Source of the DNA: an uncultured delta proteobacterium
Lineage (GTDB): Bacteria; Desulfobacterota; Syntrophia; Syntrophales; UBA5619
Assembly: GCA_963817385.1 (NCBI GenBank)
Contig: CAWFOM010000008.1
Coordinates: 64,001 to 128,000 of the forward strand
Length of the DNA: 64,000 nt
Direction: 5' to 3'
The stretch's first letter is position 1, and every line of letters starts with the position of its first letter. Shown here one piece after another: positions 1 to 11,464 of the stretch. The notes beneath the pieces were generated by a model. It was not told the origin of the DNA, made no database searches, and saw nothing but the letters and a program-made list of their open reading frames with translations. The position numbers and the translations under genes are program-made.

Positions 1-312
1 GCCGCCGATCATCACCGGGATCTTCCCGTCGGCCGCGACGCCAGAGATGGTCCGACGGACGACTTCCATCATTTCAGCCGGCCCCCGCGCATCCGCATCA
101 AGGGAGGGCAGGGTATGGATGCCGGATAAAAAGGTCTCCTTCCGGAGTTCCTCATCGTAAAGCTCCATGTTGGCGGAGGCTTCGAGAATCGCCCCCGGTC
201 CCCGCCGCGACCCTGACTGGTAGGTCGATGTCAGGTCGTAAGGAACGGGTACAACGACAAACTTCGCCTGTTCATATGCCGTGTACGCCTTTTCTATACC
301 ACCGTAATCCAT
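1..312 (-). CDS. speB: Agmatinase (ureohydrolase family), N-terminal part; runs off the window start
   Basis: Manual translation of the minus strand from ATG 312: MDYGGIEKAYTAYEQAKFVVVPVPYDLTSTYQSGSRRGPGAILEASANMELYDEEL... and PVMIGG at the window edge. Confidence 0.85.
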   Translation of the reverse strand, partial: MDYGGIEKAYTAYEQAKFVVVPVPYDLTSTYQSGSRRGPGAILEASANMELYDEELRKETFLSGIHTLPSLDADARGPAEMMEVVRRTISGVAADGKIPVMIGG

Positions 313-385
313 GATCCGTTTCCTAAAAAACAAGAGCGCGCTTTTAACATACCGCGAAGCCCTTGTCCAATTTTTTATGTTGTAT

Positions 386-703
386 CTATTCAGGTGGCGG
401 GATTTTCTTTCCGTCCGCTTCGAGGTAAGGGGGATTTTCCGTCGCCTTCATCTCGCGGCGGAGATCCCGGATCGTCTTGTTCAAACGGCTGATCGTCCGG
501 GTAAGACGGAACCTCTCCACGATACCCATGAATCCCGCGAAGATCACCCCGGTCAGAAAGGTGATGAAGATCAGCATGTAGGTCGGGAGCCACCGTTCGA
601 AGTAGTCGTAGTAGCGGAGCCGGATTGGCACCGTATTTTCCAGCGAAAATGTAATGATGAAGATCACGATCAACGCCAGGACAATGGTATAAATGATTTT
701 CAT
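386..703 (-). CDS. LapA-family (DUF1049) small membrane protein
   Basis: Two hydrophobic helices around an FxxEN motif, then a coiled-coil tail; overlaps the HIT gene stop by 4 nt. Confidence 0.75.
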   Translation of the reverse strand: MKIIYTIVLALIVIFIITFSLENTVPIRLRYYDYFERWLPTYMLIFITFLTGVIFAGFMGIVERFRLTRTISRLNKTIRDLRREMKATENPPYLEADGKKIPPPE

Positions 704-1191
704 CCGCCAACCTCCCGCTGAAATTTCTCAAAAATTGGTCTGAGCTGCCCGGCGGTTCCCGCCACATCCTCGGGGATGACACGGACCTCCCCGATGATGC
801 TGATGAAGTTGGTGTCGCCAATCCATCTCGGTACGACGTGGATATGCAGATGATCATCGATCCCCGCCCCCGCAGCCTTTCCCAGATTCATGCCGATGTT
901 GAACCCCTCCGGGTTCATCGCCTCCTTCAAGACCCGAACGGAGAGATCCTGGAAGGCGAAGAGCTCCAGTCTCTCTTCAGTCGTCAGATCCTCAAGGCGG
1001 CAGATATGGCGGTGGGGAACGATCATCAGGTGGCCGCCCGTATAGGGATAGCGGTTCATCATGACAAACGCGCTCTTCCCCTCGCAGACGACCAGTTCAT
1101 CTCCCCGGAGCGAATCACGGCAGAGAACACAGCCTGCCGTCTTTCCGGATCGGATGTAGGCCATGCGCCAAGGCGCAAAGATCGTGTCCAT
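700..1191 (-). CDS. HIT-family hydrolase (Ap4A phosphorylase/Fhit-like)
   Basis: APWRMAYI start, CxxC, MNRYPYTGGHLM, AGAGIDDHLHIHVVPRW histidine triad. Confidence 0.92.
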   Translation of the reverse strand: MDTIFAPWRMAYIRSGKTAGCVLCRDSLRGDELVVCEGKSAFVMMNRYPYTGGHLMIVPHRHICRLEDLTTEERLELFAFQDLSVRVLKEAMNPEGFNIGMNLGKAAGAGIDDHLHIHVVPRWIGDTNFISIIGEVRVIPEDVAGTAGQLRPIFEKFQREVGG

Positions 1192-1547
1192 CGCTTATGT
1201 CCCCAAATAATCGGTTATCCCGCACCTCGATGATCTCCCCGGCAATCGCCTCTCCGCCGGGAAGATTGCCAATCGGGTGAACGGGATAAACCGATTGCTG
1301 ACGGTCGAAACGGGAGAGTCATGGCATTCACCTCCCTTTCCACGATCGACCGATGGCGCATACATGAACGAGTATCGCAATTCCCCCACCCTCCATCCGG
1401 ATTTCCTTTCGCAGTCGGCATGTGATTATAGCGACGCGCATCAAAAAGACAAGGATTATTTCGGGCCTGCCCGCGCCGGCCACGGTTTCGATTTGACTTT
1501 CTGCACATGTACGGTTAGGATAGCGTGCCACAGTCACATAAGGAGTA

Positions 1548-4134
<2,587 letters not shown>

Positions 4135-4232
4135 TTCCCCCTTGAATCCCCTAGTCCATCTTGATGACAGGAAAGACCAGGAGACAGATGATCCCCCGGC
4201 ATCATGGCCGGGGCGTCTCCCTTCCCTTTGCC

Positions 4233-5414
4233 TTACCGGAACTCCTTGAGGACTTCTCCAAACCCTTCAATGGCGCCGAGGATCGTGGCATCGTCGACGC
4301 AATAGGCGATCCGGATGTGGCCGGGACCGCAGAACCCGCTCCCGGGGACGGTCAGGATCCGCCGCCCTTGGAGTGCGTCCGCAAAGCGGACGTCGTCCGC
4401 GATAGGAGTCCGGGTGAAGAGGTAAAAGGCCCCGTCGGGCTTGGTCACCCGGTAGCCGACGGATGCGAGTCCGTCGCAGAGGAGGTCGCGCTTCCGTCGA
4501 TAGGTATCCACATCGACCTTCACCCCCTGGAGACCGGCGATGGCGCGCTGCATCAAGGCGGGGGCATTCACAAAGCCGAGGATCCTGTTGCAGAGGGTAA
4601 GGCCTCCCATGATCTCATCGAGGGCGGCAATGGCCTGATTTACCGCGATATACCCGATCCTCTCGCCGGGAAGAGAAAGGCTCTTTGAGAAGGAGGAAGC
4701 GATGAAGCTGTGGGGGTAGGCGGCCAGTACGCTCGGCACGGTCAACCCATCATAAACGATCTCGCAGTACGGTTCATCGGAGATGATGTAGATTTCCCGT
4801 TTGAGCTCCACTCCCTTTTGGGTGAGGAGCGTTGCCAACCTGTCGATGCTTCCCTGATCGTATACCCTTCCCGTGGGGTTGTTCGGAGAATTGATCAGCA
4901 CTGCTTTAGTTTTCTCCGTAATAGCCCCGCTGATCTCGTCGAGATCGAGGGAAAAATCCTCCCGCGTCGGGACGATCCGTGCAACTCCACCCGCATTGTC
5001 CACATAGAAGCGGTACTCCACGAAGAATGGCGCCGGGATGATCACCTCTTCGCCGGGATCCAGAAGCGTCTTGAAGATCACATTGAGGGCACCTCCCGCC
5101 CCACAGGTCATTACGATCTGGTCTCCCGTAAGCGTCACCCTCCTTGAAGAACTCAATTCCGCCGCGACTGCCGCACGTGTCTCCGGATAGCCGGCATTCG
5201 GCATATACATATGCTTCCCGGGTATCTCAGCCGAGGCGAGCAGCCGGAGCCGCTCATTGAAGGCCTCCGGCGGGTCGAGATTCGGGTTCCCGAGACTGAA
5301 ATCAAATACATTACCCGCCCCATACCGTTCCTTTAGGCGCACCCCTTCTTCGAACATCTTTCTGATGAAGGAAGACTGGGAGATGAAGCCCTTTATCTTC
5401 TTTGCGATTGCCAT
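4233..5414 (-). CDS. PLP-dependent class I aminotransferase (aspartate aminotransferase-like)
   Basis: NSPNNPTG, SDEPY, SFSKSLSLPGERIGY PLP-lysine motif; start taken at MAIAKK. Confidence 0.93.
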   Translation of the reverse strand: MAIAKKIKGFISQSSFIRKMFEEGVRLKERYGAGNVFDFSLGNPNLDPPEAFNERLRLLASAEIPGKHMYMPNAGYPETRAAVAAELSSSRRVTLTGDQIVMTCGAGGALNVIFKTLLDPGEEVIIPAPFFVEYRFYVDNAGGVARIVPTREDFSLDLDEISGAITEKTKAVLINSPNNPTGRVYDQGSIDRLATLLTQKGVELKREIYIISDEPYCEIVYDGLTVPSVLAAYPHSFIASSFSKSLSLPGERIGYIAVNQAIAALDEIMGGLTLCNRILGFVNAPALMQRAIAGLQGVKVDVDTYRRKRDLLCDGLASVGYRVTKPDGAFYLFTRTPIADDVRFADALQGRRILTVPGSGFCGPGHIRIAYCVDDATILGAIEGFGEVLKEFR

Positions 5415-5598
5415 AGGACACACCTTTCATTCAATATCCGTCAGTCATGGCCGATGGGAGCAGTCCGATCGTGGAGCGCGATTTTGAGTCTCACGGCCCG
5501 CCCCCTCTGTCAAGAAAAAATTGTTACGCCTTCTCATAATCTTCTGATCGGCGATGAATAGTGATGCCGGTAGATTGGTGGATATTACCTAATTCGCC

Positions 5599-5627
5599 TT
5601 GACACTTCGCGAGGATTCCCCTAATAT
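5599..5627 (+). promoter_or_regulatory. Sigma70-type promoter for the FmdB-adk unit
   Basis: TTGACA-17 nt-TAATAT. Confidence 0.6.
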
Positions 5628-5708
5628 CGCACACGTTGAAATCATGGGGCGATCTCCTGCCGGAGAGCAACGAGAAGGTGATCGTCTCATCAAAAAGAGG
5701 TTCAAATC

Positions 5709-5930
5709 ATGCCGATTTATGAGTACCGCTGCCGCAAGTGCGGCGAGGACTTTGAGGTCCTCTTCCGAAACCGCGACGAAGAGATGTGCGTTACCTGCCC
5801 GAAATGCAAATCGACCAGAACGCAGCGGCTCATGTCCGCTTTTGCCGGAAAGATCGGAAATACCGCCGGCGGCGATGCATCCTGCGGGAGTTGTGCGGCG
5901 ACGAGTTGCGGCCCCTCCTGAGGGCATTGA
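5709..5930 (+). CDS. FmdB-family zinc-ribbon protein; ends at 5921 if the UGA is a stop, at 5930 if it is read as selenocysteine
   Basis: MPIYEYRCRKCG...CPKCKS; Cys-rich tail CGSCAATSCGPS-(UGA)-GH-(UGA). Confidence 0.85.
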
Positions 5931-5935
5931 CCCTG

Positions 5936-5954
5936 TCACGGCCGTGGGCCGTGA
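5936..5954 (+). promoter_or_regulatory. Candidate bacterial SECIS hairpin
   Basis: Perfect stem TCACGGCC/GGCCGTGA with a GTG loop starting 22 nt after the UGA at 5919-5921. Confidence 0.55.
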
Positions 5955-5998
5955 AAACTCTTCATTTCCCTGTTCCCCTTGCGAAGGAGATTGCACCC

Positions 5999-6673
5999 AT
6001 GAACATTCTGATCTTCGGACCCAACGGAAGCGGCAAAGGAACCCAAGGAGCGGTGGTACAAAAGAAGTACGGCATACCCCTCATCGAGACCGGAGTAATC
6101 TTCAGGGATAACATGAAGAAGGGAACGGAGCTTGGCAAGAAGGCTAAGGTATTTATCGACCGCGGCGAGCTCGTCCCCGACGATGTCACCATCCCCATGA
6201 TCCTGAGCCGCCTCCAGGAGGCCGACTGCAAAAACGGTTGGCTCCTGGACGGATTCCCCCGGAACCTCGCCCAGGCCGAGGCTCTCGGAAATGCCCTGGA
6301 AAAGGCGGGGATGAAACTTGATTATGTTATCGAAATCAAACTCGACCGCGCGATCGCGAAAAAAAGGATCATGGGGCGGCGGCTCTGCGGAGTGGATAAC
6401 AACCATCCGAACAACATCTATATCGAAGCCATCAAGCCGGCGATGAAGAACGGAAAGATGGTCTGCCGCGTCTGCGGCTCCGAGACGCTGACCACCAGGG
6501 CCGATGATCAGGACGAGGCGGCAATCGACAAACGGCACGGCATCTACTACGATACAACAACGGGAACCCTTGCCGCCGTCAATTACTTCAGGCAACGGGC
6601 CGAACTCCTGGAGGTCGATGGCACCCCCGGTGTAAATGAGGTCTCCCAAGCCCTGTTGGCACAACTTACGTAG
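5999..6673 (+). CDS. adk: Adenylate kinase with metal-binding LID
   Basis: GPNGSGKGTQ P-loop, GELVPD, WLLDGFPRN; AAGGAG SD before ATG 5999. Confidence 0.96.
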   Translation: MNILIFGPNGSGKGTQGAVVQKKYGIPLIETGVIFRDNMKKGTELGKKAKVFIDRGELVPDDVTIPMILSRLQEADCKNGWLLDGFPRNLAQAEALGNALEKAGMKLDYVIEIKLDRAIAKKRIMGRRLCGVDNNHPNNIYIEAIKPAMKNGKMVCRVCGSETLTTRADDQDEAAIDKRHGIYYDTTTGTLAAVNYFRQRAELLEVDGTPGVNEVSQALLAQLT

Positions 6674-6726
6674 ACATATTCCCCGCAACCGACGAAGCGG
6701 TCTTTCCCAGGGATTATCCTCGTGAT

Positions 6727-7887
6727 TCACGGCCTTTTTTGCAATTTCTTGATAAAACTGCCTGGATACAAATCCTTTATTTTTTTTATCGTAAAGTAAT
6801 TCAACGCCTCGTTTTCCGTTTTAAAGTTTCCCAATAGTATGCGATGCCAGACGCCGCTTCCTTCTAAAAGGGCCGTTTCGATATGTATCCCCGGTTCATT
6901 CTTTTGCAAATCGTCCGCAAACGCCCGAGCGTCCTGCCAATCGCGGAAGGCTTTAATCTGTATACTATATCTCCTCTCTGTGTCAGAGGTGATTTTCGTG
7001 GCGTTCGGCGGATTTGGCGGAGCCTTGATGTAACCGGGCGGCGACGGCATGTTGCCCGTGTCGGGGTATGAATCGGCCGGCGACATGATGGTCTTCTGTT
7101 TCAGCAGGGTTTCACTTCGATGGGGAGACGGTGGCCCCGCATTGCCTTCTGCAGGATCAACGGCAGGCAACGGCAACACGGCGATTGCGGGTGGCGTAAT
7201 GACGGAATGAGTTGGAAACGGCAGGGAATTGCCGACCTGCTGTGACTCCGTATCCTCGGGAATGGGGGAATTGAGCCACACCTTTCCATCGAAGTAGGCA
7301 AGATGAGAAGTCAATCTGTTGATTCTCAAAGAGTAGAGCTTGTTCCCGACTTTCAGGGAATCGTAATGGTAGAGAGTAGGCCATACGAGGAACATGAAGA
7401 TAATCACAACCATTGTCGCCGCGCTGCCGATAGGCCATGAATATCTCCGAAATACTGAATATCTTGCGGCAGTCGATGTTCTATCGTCCCCTATCCCGTC
7501 TCGTTGTAATTCAGATAAGGCCTCCCCGGAAACAGCCGGAGATTGATGTCTTGATGCATTTGGCCGTAAAGTCAAAATATCTTCGTATGTATTCGCAATT
7601 TCGTTCAACCTTTCCGCTAGTTTATCTTGACCCAGAGGCTGTTGATAACGATTACCCGATGAGACTTTCTGGTATTTCTTATTGGACTGTGGGATAGTTG
7701 ATGGAGCAGCCGAAGGGGGGATTGGCGCACTTGCAAATCCGGGGGGAAGATCCTTGCTCTGTTCTCCGGAAGACTCCGCCTGATCAAGCTGGGCGACATG
7801 GCAATAGAGAGATTCCAACTCCTCCGCAAGGCCATGATCGTCATGGTTTTCAGGTTCATTTTCTTGTCCGGTTACGCTCTTCTCCAT
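6727..7887 (-). CDS. Single-pass membrane protein with C-terminal SPOR domain
   Basis: TM helix MVVIIFMFLVW, Pro-rich linker, YSIQIKAF...WHRILLGNFKTENEA SPOR-like C-terminus. Confidence 0.7.
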   Translation of the reverse strand: MEKSVTGQENEPENHDDHGLAEELESLYCHVAQLDQAESSGEQSKDLPPGFASAPIPPSAAPSTIPQSNKKYQKVSSGNRYQQPLGQDKLAERLNEIANTYEDILTLRPNASRHQSPAVSGEALSELQRDGIGDDRTSTAARYSVFRRYSWPIGSAATMVVIIFMFLVWPTLYHYDSLKVGNKLYSLRINRLTSHLAYFDGKVWLNSPIPEDTESQQVGNSLPFPTHSVITPPAIAVLPLPAVDPAEGNAGPPSPHRSETLLKQKTIMSPADSYPDTGNMPSPPGYIKAPPNPPNATKITSDTERRYSIQIKAFRDWQDARAFADDLQKNEPGIHIETALLEGSGVWHRILLGNFKTENEALNYFTIKKIKDLYPGSFIKKLQKRP

Positions 7888-7892
7888 AATCT

Positions 7893-8555
7893 TTACAATT
7901 CACTGCCTGCTTTCCAATGTCTCATATAGGCCTGAATGATGACGTTTGTATCAAGTTGAAGGCACTGCGCATACAACTTCAAAAAACTTTTTAGATAGAC
8001 GTCGGGGGGGAAATGTTCGGACCGGTCCTCTTCAATGGCTTCCAGTATGGTAATCGTTACTTTTGTCTCCAGGGCGATCCGCTCCAGAGGCACCCCAAGC
8101 ACCATTCGTATTTTTTTCAAGTCCTGACCGGACAGACGGTCCTGCCTCAGGATCTCTTGAATTACCGAATTTTCCGAAACGAGGGTTTTATCCACACCCG
8201 GCACCTTCGGCAGCCAGTGATGCTGCAGACCCTTTCGCTGGATGGTATACAGCGGAATCCGCACTTTCGATTTATCACGGTACTGTTCACCTTCTTCCAT
8301 GACGCCTAATTCCATTAACGTACGATCATAGGCCGTCCTGGATTCGGGATTGATCAGGGTCAAATAGGCCGCTTCCAGCCGGGAAAGGATTTCCCTTCGT
8401 TCGGTATCCGAAAAAAAAGCTGACGCCGCCATGCTATCATCCTGATAGAGTTCAAAAGCCTCCAGGTACGCATGATGTATTTCATATGGCGATGCGCCGC
8501 TGGAAATTTCAAGGATTTGATAATGGGTTTGCTTCTGATCGGGTTTCATCATCAA
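7893..8555 (-). CDS. J-domain-like plus RodZ-type HTH protein
   Basis: THYQILEIS...EAAYLTLINPESRTAYD (J fold, no HPD) and GQDLKKIR...LEAIEED...VYLKSFLKLYA (RodZ-like HTH). Confidence 0.8.
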   Translation of the reverse strand: MMMKPDQKQTHYQILEISSGASPYEIHHAYLEAFELYQDDSMAASAFFSDTERREILSRLEAAYLTLINPESRTAYDRTLMELGVMEEGEQYRDKSKVRIPLYTIQRKGLQHHWLPKVPGVDKTLVSENSVIQEILRQDRLSGQDLKKIRMVLGVPLERIALETKVTITILEAIEEDRSEHFPPDVYLKSFLKLYAQCLQLDTNVIIQAYMRHWKAGSEL

Positions 8556-8561
8556 ACCGAA

Positions 8562-9509
8562 CTAGGATGCCCCTGAGAAAATCTGATGAGCGGCATACGG
8601 GATTTCAGCGGGTTTATGATTTAACGTCATTGAATTCTTAAAGCAGTTCCGAAGATCGAGGGCAGTCCGGGTATACGGGTACAGGTCGAGAAAGGGACGT
8701 TTTTTACAGATGGAATGATGAACATGATCGTCAAAGGCGACGGTGCCGAGAAATTGCATTTTCAAGGTGAGATGCTTGTCGATGATCTTACAGATGAATT
8801 TCCCGATGTTGGGATTATCCTGTTTGCGGTGCTGATTAACCAGGAGGGCAAACTCCAAAGCGCTTAACTCCTGTTCCAGAATCTCTCCTTTTTCCGGATC
8901 CAGTTCTTTGATGACTGAGAGCAACAAATCAGGGTTGGTCACGGTGGCTTTACTGTTCCGCTCTTCCGCCTCCATAACCAATTCTCTGAAATGGTGAACG
9001 GTAAGCACCTGCCTTATTTTGCGGAAATAGACGGAACGGATAAGCCGATAGATATTTTCCGTGGCCGTCGGTTCCGGCGTCGTTATGAAGATGCCCGAAT
9101 TGGAAATCAGGAAAAAGTCAATCGTGTTAAAGGATGTACCCGCACCAAGATCCAGCAGGATGTATTCATAGGGAAGCTTGACAACCTCCCTCATGATCTT
9201 CATTTTTTGTTCATGAGCCAAATTGGCGATATCCAGATTGTTCATCGCTCCGCTGATCAGAAAGAGATTGGGCGTTGGCGTAAGGACAATCGTTTCGCAC
9301 AGTGAGCTGACCCGTTTATTGATAAAATCGGAGAGACTCTTTTCCGGGTTTGGAGCGCCAATCGTCGTATGGAGGTTAGCGGCCCCAAGATCAAGGTCTA
9401 TCAGCAGGGTTTTGTAACCCTCTCTGGCAAGGAGCATACCGAGGGAGCCCGTGACAAAGCTCTTTCCGGTGCCGCCTTTACCTCCTCCGATGGGCCAAAT
9501 CCGCACCAT
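8562..9509 (-). CDS. MinD/FlhG-like P-loop ATPase
   Basis: Deviant Walker A GGKGGTGKS, DLDLGAANL, DLGAG, TPEPT. Confidence 0.9.
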   Translation of the reverse strand: MVRIWPIGGGKGGTGKSFVTGSLGMLLAREGYKTLLIDLDLGAANLHTTIGAPNPEKSLSDFINKRVSSLCETIVLTPTPNLFLISGAMNNLDIANLAHEQKMKIMREVVKLPYEYILLDLGAGTSFNTIDFFLISNSGIFITTPEPTATENIYRLIRSVYFRKIRQVLTVHHFRELVMEAEERNSKATVTNPDLLLSVIKELDPEKGEILEQELSALEFALLVNQHRKQDNPNIGKFICKIIDKHLTLKMQFLGTVAFDDHVHHSICKKRPFLDLYPYTRTALDLRNCFKNSMTLNHKPAEIPYAAHQIFSGAS

Positions 9510-9560
9510 AGACCACCCCTGATCGGATGTTTAATCTTTGATTCTCTTATTTTATCGGTC

Positions 9561-9589
9561 ATTATCAGGATAAACCCCTTTATTGTCAA
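9561..9589 (-). promoter_or_regulatory. Sigma70-type promoter for the MinD-like operon
   Basis: TTGACA-17 nt-GATAAT on the minus strand. Confidence 0.6.
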
Positions 9590-9667
9590 TGGAAAATATG
9601 AGACATCTTTTCCGGATTTACTAACCTCTGCAAGCATGGTAAAGTGCGCGAAAAACGGTAAGGAAAA

Positions 9668-11464
9668 ATGGACAATATCAGGAACTTCAGCATTATCGCT
9701 CACATCGATCACGGCAAGTCGACCTTGGCCGACCGCATGATCCAGTACGCCGGCGTCGTCGATGACCGTAATTTTCAGAATCAGATTCTCGATAATATGG
9801 ATATCGAGCGGGAGCGAGGGATCACGATCAAGAGCCAGGCGATCTCTCTCCCCTATCGGGCTAAGGACGGCCGGACCTACACCCTGAACCTCATCGATAC
9901 GCCGGGCCACGTCGACTTCACCTACGAAGTGTCGCGGTCGCTCGCCTCCTGCGAGGGGGTCCTGCTTTTGATCGACGCGGCCCAAGGCGTCCAGGCCCAG
10001 ACGCTCGCCAACCTCTATCTCGCAATGGAGCACGACCTCGCGATCATCCCCGTCATCAACAAGATCGACCTCCCCTCGGCGGACGTGGAGCGGGTCATCG
10101 AACAGATCGACTCCGAACTGGGCCTTGATCCGGACACCCATCTGAAGTGTTCGGCCAAGGAGGGAATCGGGATCGTAGAGATCCTCGAGGCAATCGTGGA
10201 GCGGATACCGCCGCCCACGGGAGACCCGGAAGCTCCGCTCGCCGCGCTCATCTTCGACGCCAAGTACGACGCCTTCCGGGGAACGGTGATCACCTGCCGG
10301 ATCTTCACAGGGACGGTGAAGGCCGGCGACACCATCCGTCTCATGTACAATAACGCTACCTACCGAGTGGAAGAGGTCGGCCATTTTATCCTTACCCGTG
10401 AGAAAAGGGAACGGCTTGCGGCAGGCGAGGTCGGTTACATTATCGCCGGCGTGAAGACCGTATCCGACGTCCGGACAGGCGACACGATTACCCTCGACAA
10501 CCGCCCCTGCGCGAAACCGCTTCCCGGCTTCAAGGAGGTGAAACCGGTCGTTTTCGCCTCGATCTATCCCATCGCCTCGGACGATTACGAGGACCTGGCA
10601 GTATCCTTGGAGAAGTTCAAACTCAACGACGCCTCCTTCATTTACGAAAAAGACTCCTCGGCGGCCCTGGGACAGGGGTTCCGCTGCGGTTTTCTGGGAC
10701 TCCTCCACCTCGATATCGTCCAGGAACGCCTTGAGCGGGAGTATGACCTTTCCATCATTCTCTCGGTCCCCAGCGTCCGTTACCGGTTCACCCTGCGGGA
10801 CGGGACACTCGTCTACGTGGACAACCCAACCCACTACCCCGAACCGATGTCGATCATCAAATCCGAAGAGCCGTATATCAGGGCATCGATGATGCTCCCC
10901 GAGCGCTACCTCGGCGCCGTCATGAAGCTCTGCATGGAGAAGCGCGGGGTAAACTCGATACTCAATTACCCGAATCCCGGCCGGGCGGAGCTGATCTACG
11001 AGATGCCGCTTGCCGAGGTGATCTTCGACTTCTACGACCGCTTCAAGTCCGTGACCCAGGGGTACGGCTCGTTCGACTACGACCTGATCGACTACCGGGA
11101 GAGCACCCTTGCCCTCCTGGACATCCTCGTGAACGGCGAAAAAGTCGATGCCCTCTCGCAGATCGTCCATCGCGAACGGGCGCGCGCCCGGGGCTTGCAG
11201 GCCTGCGAGCGGCTGAAGGAGGAGATCCCCCGTCAGATGTTCAAGATCGCGATCCAGGGGGCGATCGGCGGCGAGATCATATCCCGTTCGACCATCTCCG
11301 CCTTCCGGAAGGACGTAATCGCCAAGTGCTACGGGGGCGACATCTCCCGAAAACGGAAGCTTCTTGAAAAACAGAAAAAAGGGAAAAAACGGATGAAGAT
11401 GATCGGGAACGTCTCCATCCCGCAGAGCGCCTTCCTCGCGGTCCTGAAGTCCGATACGGAGTGA
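9668..11464 (+). CDS. lepA: Elongation factor 4 (LepA)
   Basis: IRNFSIIAHIDHGKSTLADR, GFRCGFLGLLH, KCYGGDISRKRKLLEKQK. Confidence 0.98.
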   Translation: MDNIRNFSIIAHIDHGKSTLADRMIQYAGVVDDRNFQNQILDNMDIERERGITIKSQAISLPYRAKDGRTYTLNLIDTPGHVDFTYEVSRSLASCEGVLLLIDAAQGVQAQTLANLYLAMEHDLAIIPVINKIDLPSADVERVIEQIDSELGLDPDTHLKCSAKEGIGIVEILEAIVERIPPPTGDPEAPLAALIFDAKYDAFRGTVITCRIFTGTVKAGDTIRLMYNNATYRVEEVGHFILTREKRERLAAGEVGYIIAGVKTVSDVRTGDTITLDNRPCAKPLPGFKEVKPVVFASIYPIASDDYEDLAVSLEKFKLNDASFIYEKDSSAALGQGFRCGFLGLLHLDIVQERLEREYDLSIILSVPSVRYRFTLRDGTLVYVDNPTHYPEPMSIIKSEEPYIRASMMLPERYLGAVMKLCMEKRGVNSILNYPNPGRAELIYEMPLAEVIFDFYDRFKSVTQGYGSFDYDLIDYRESTLALLDILVNGEKVDALSQIVHRERARARGLQACERLKEEIPRQMFKIAIQGAIGGEIISRSTISAFRKDVIAKCYGGDISRKRKLLEKQKKGKKRMKMIGNVSIPQSAFLAVLKSDTE

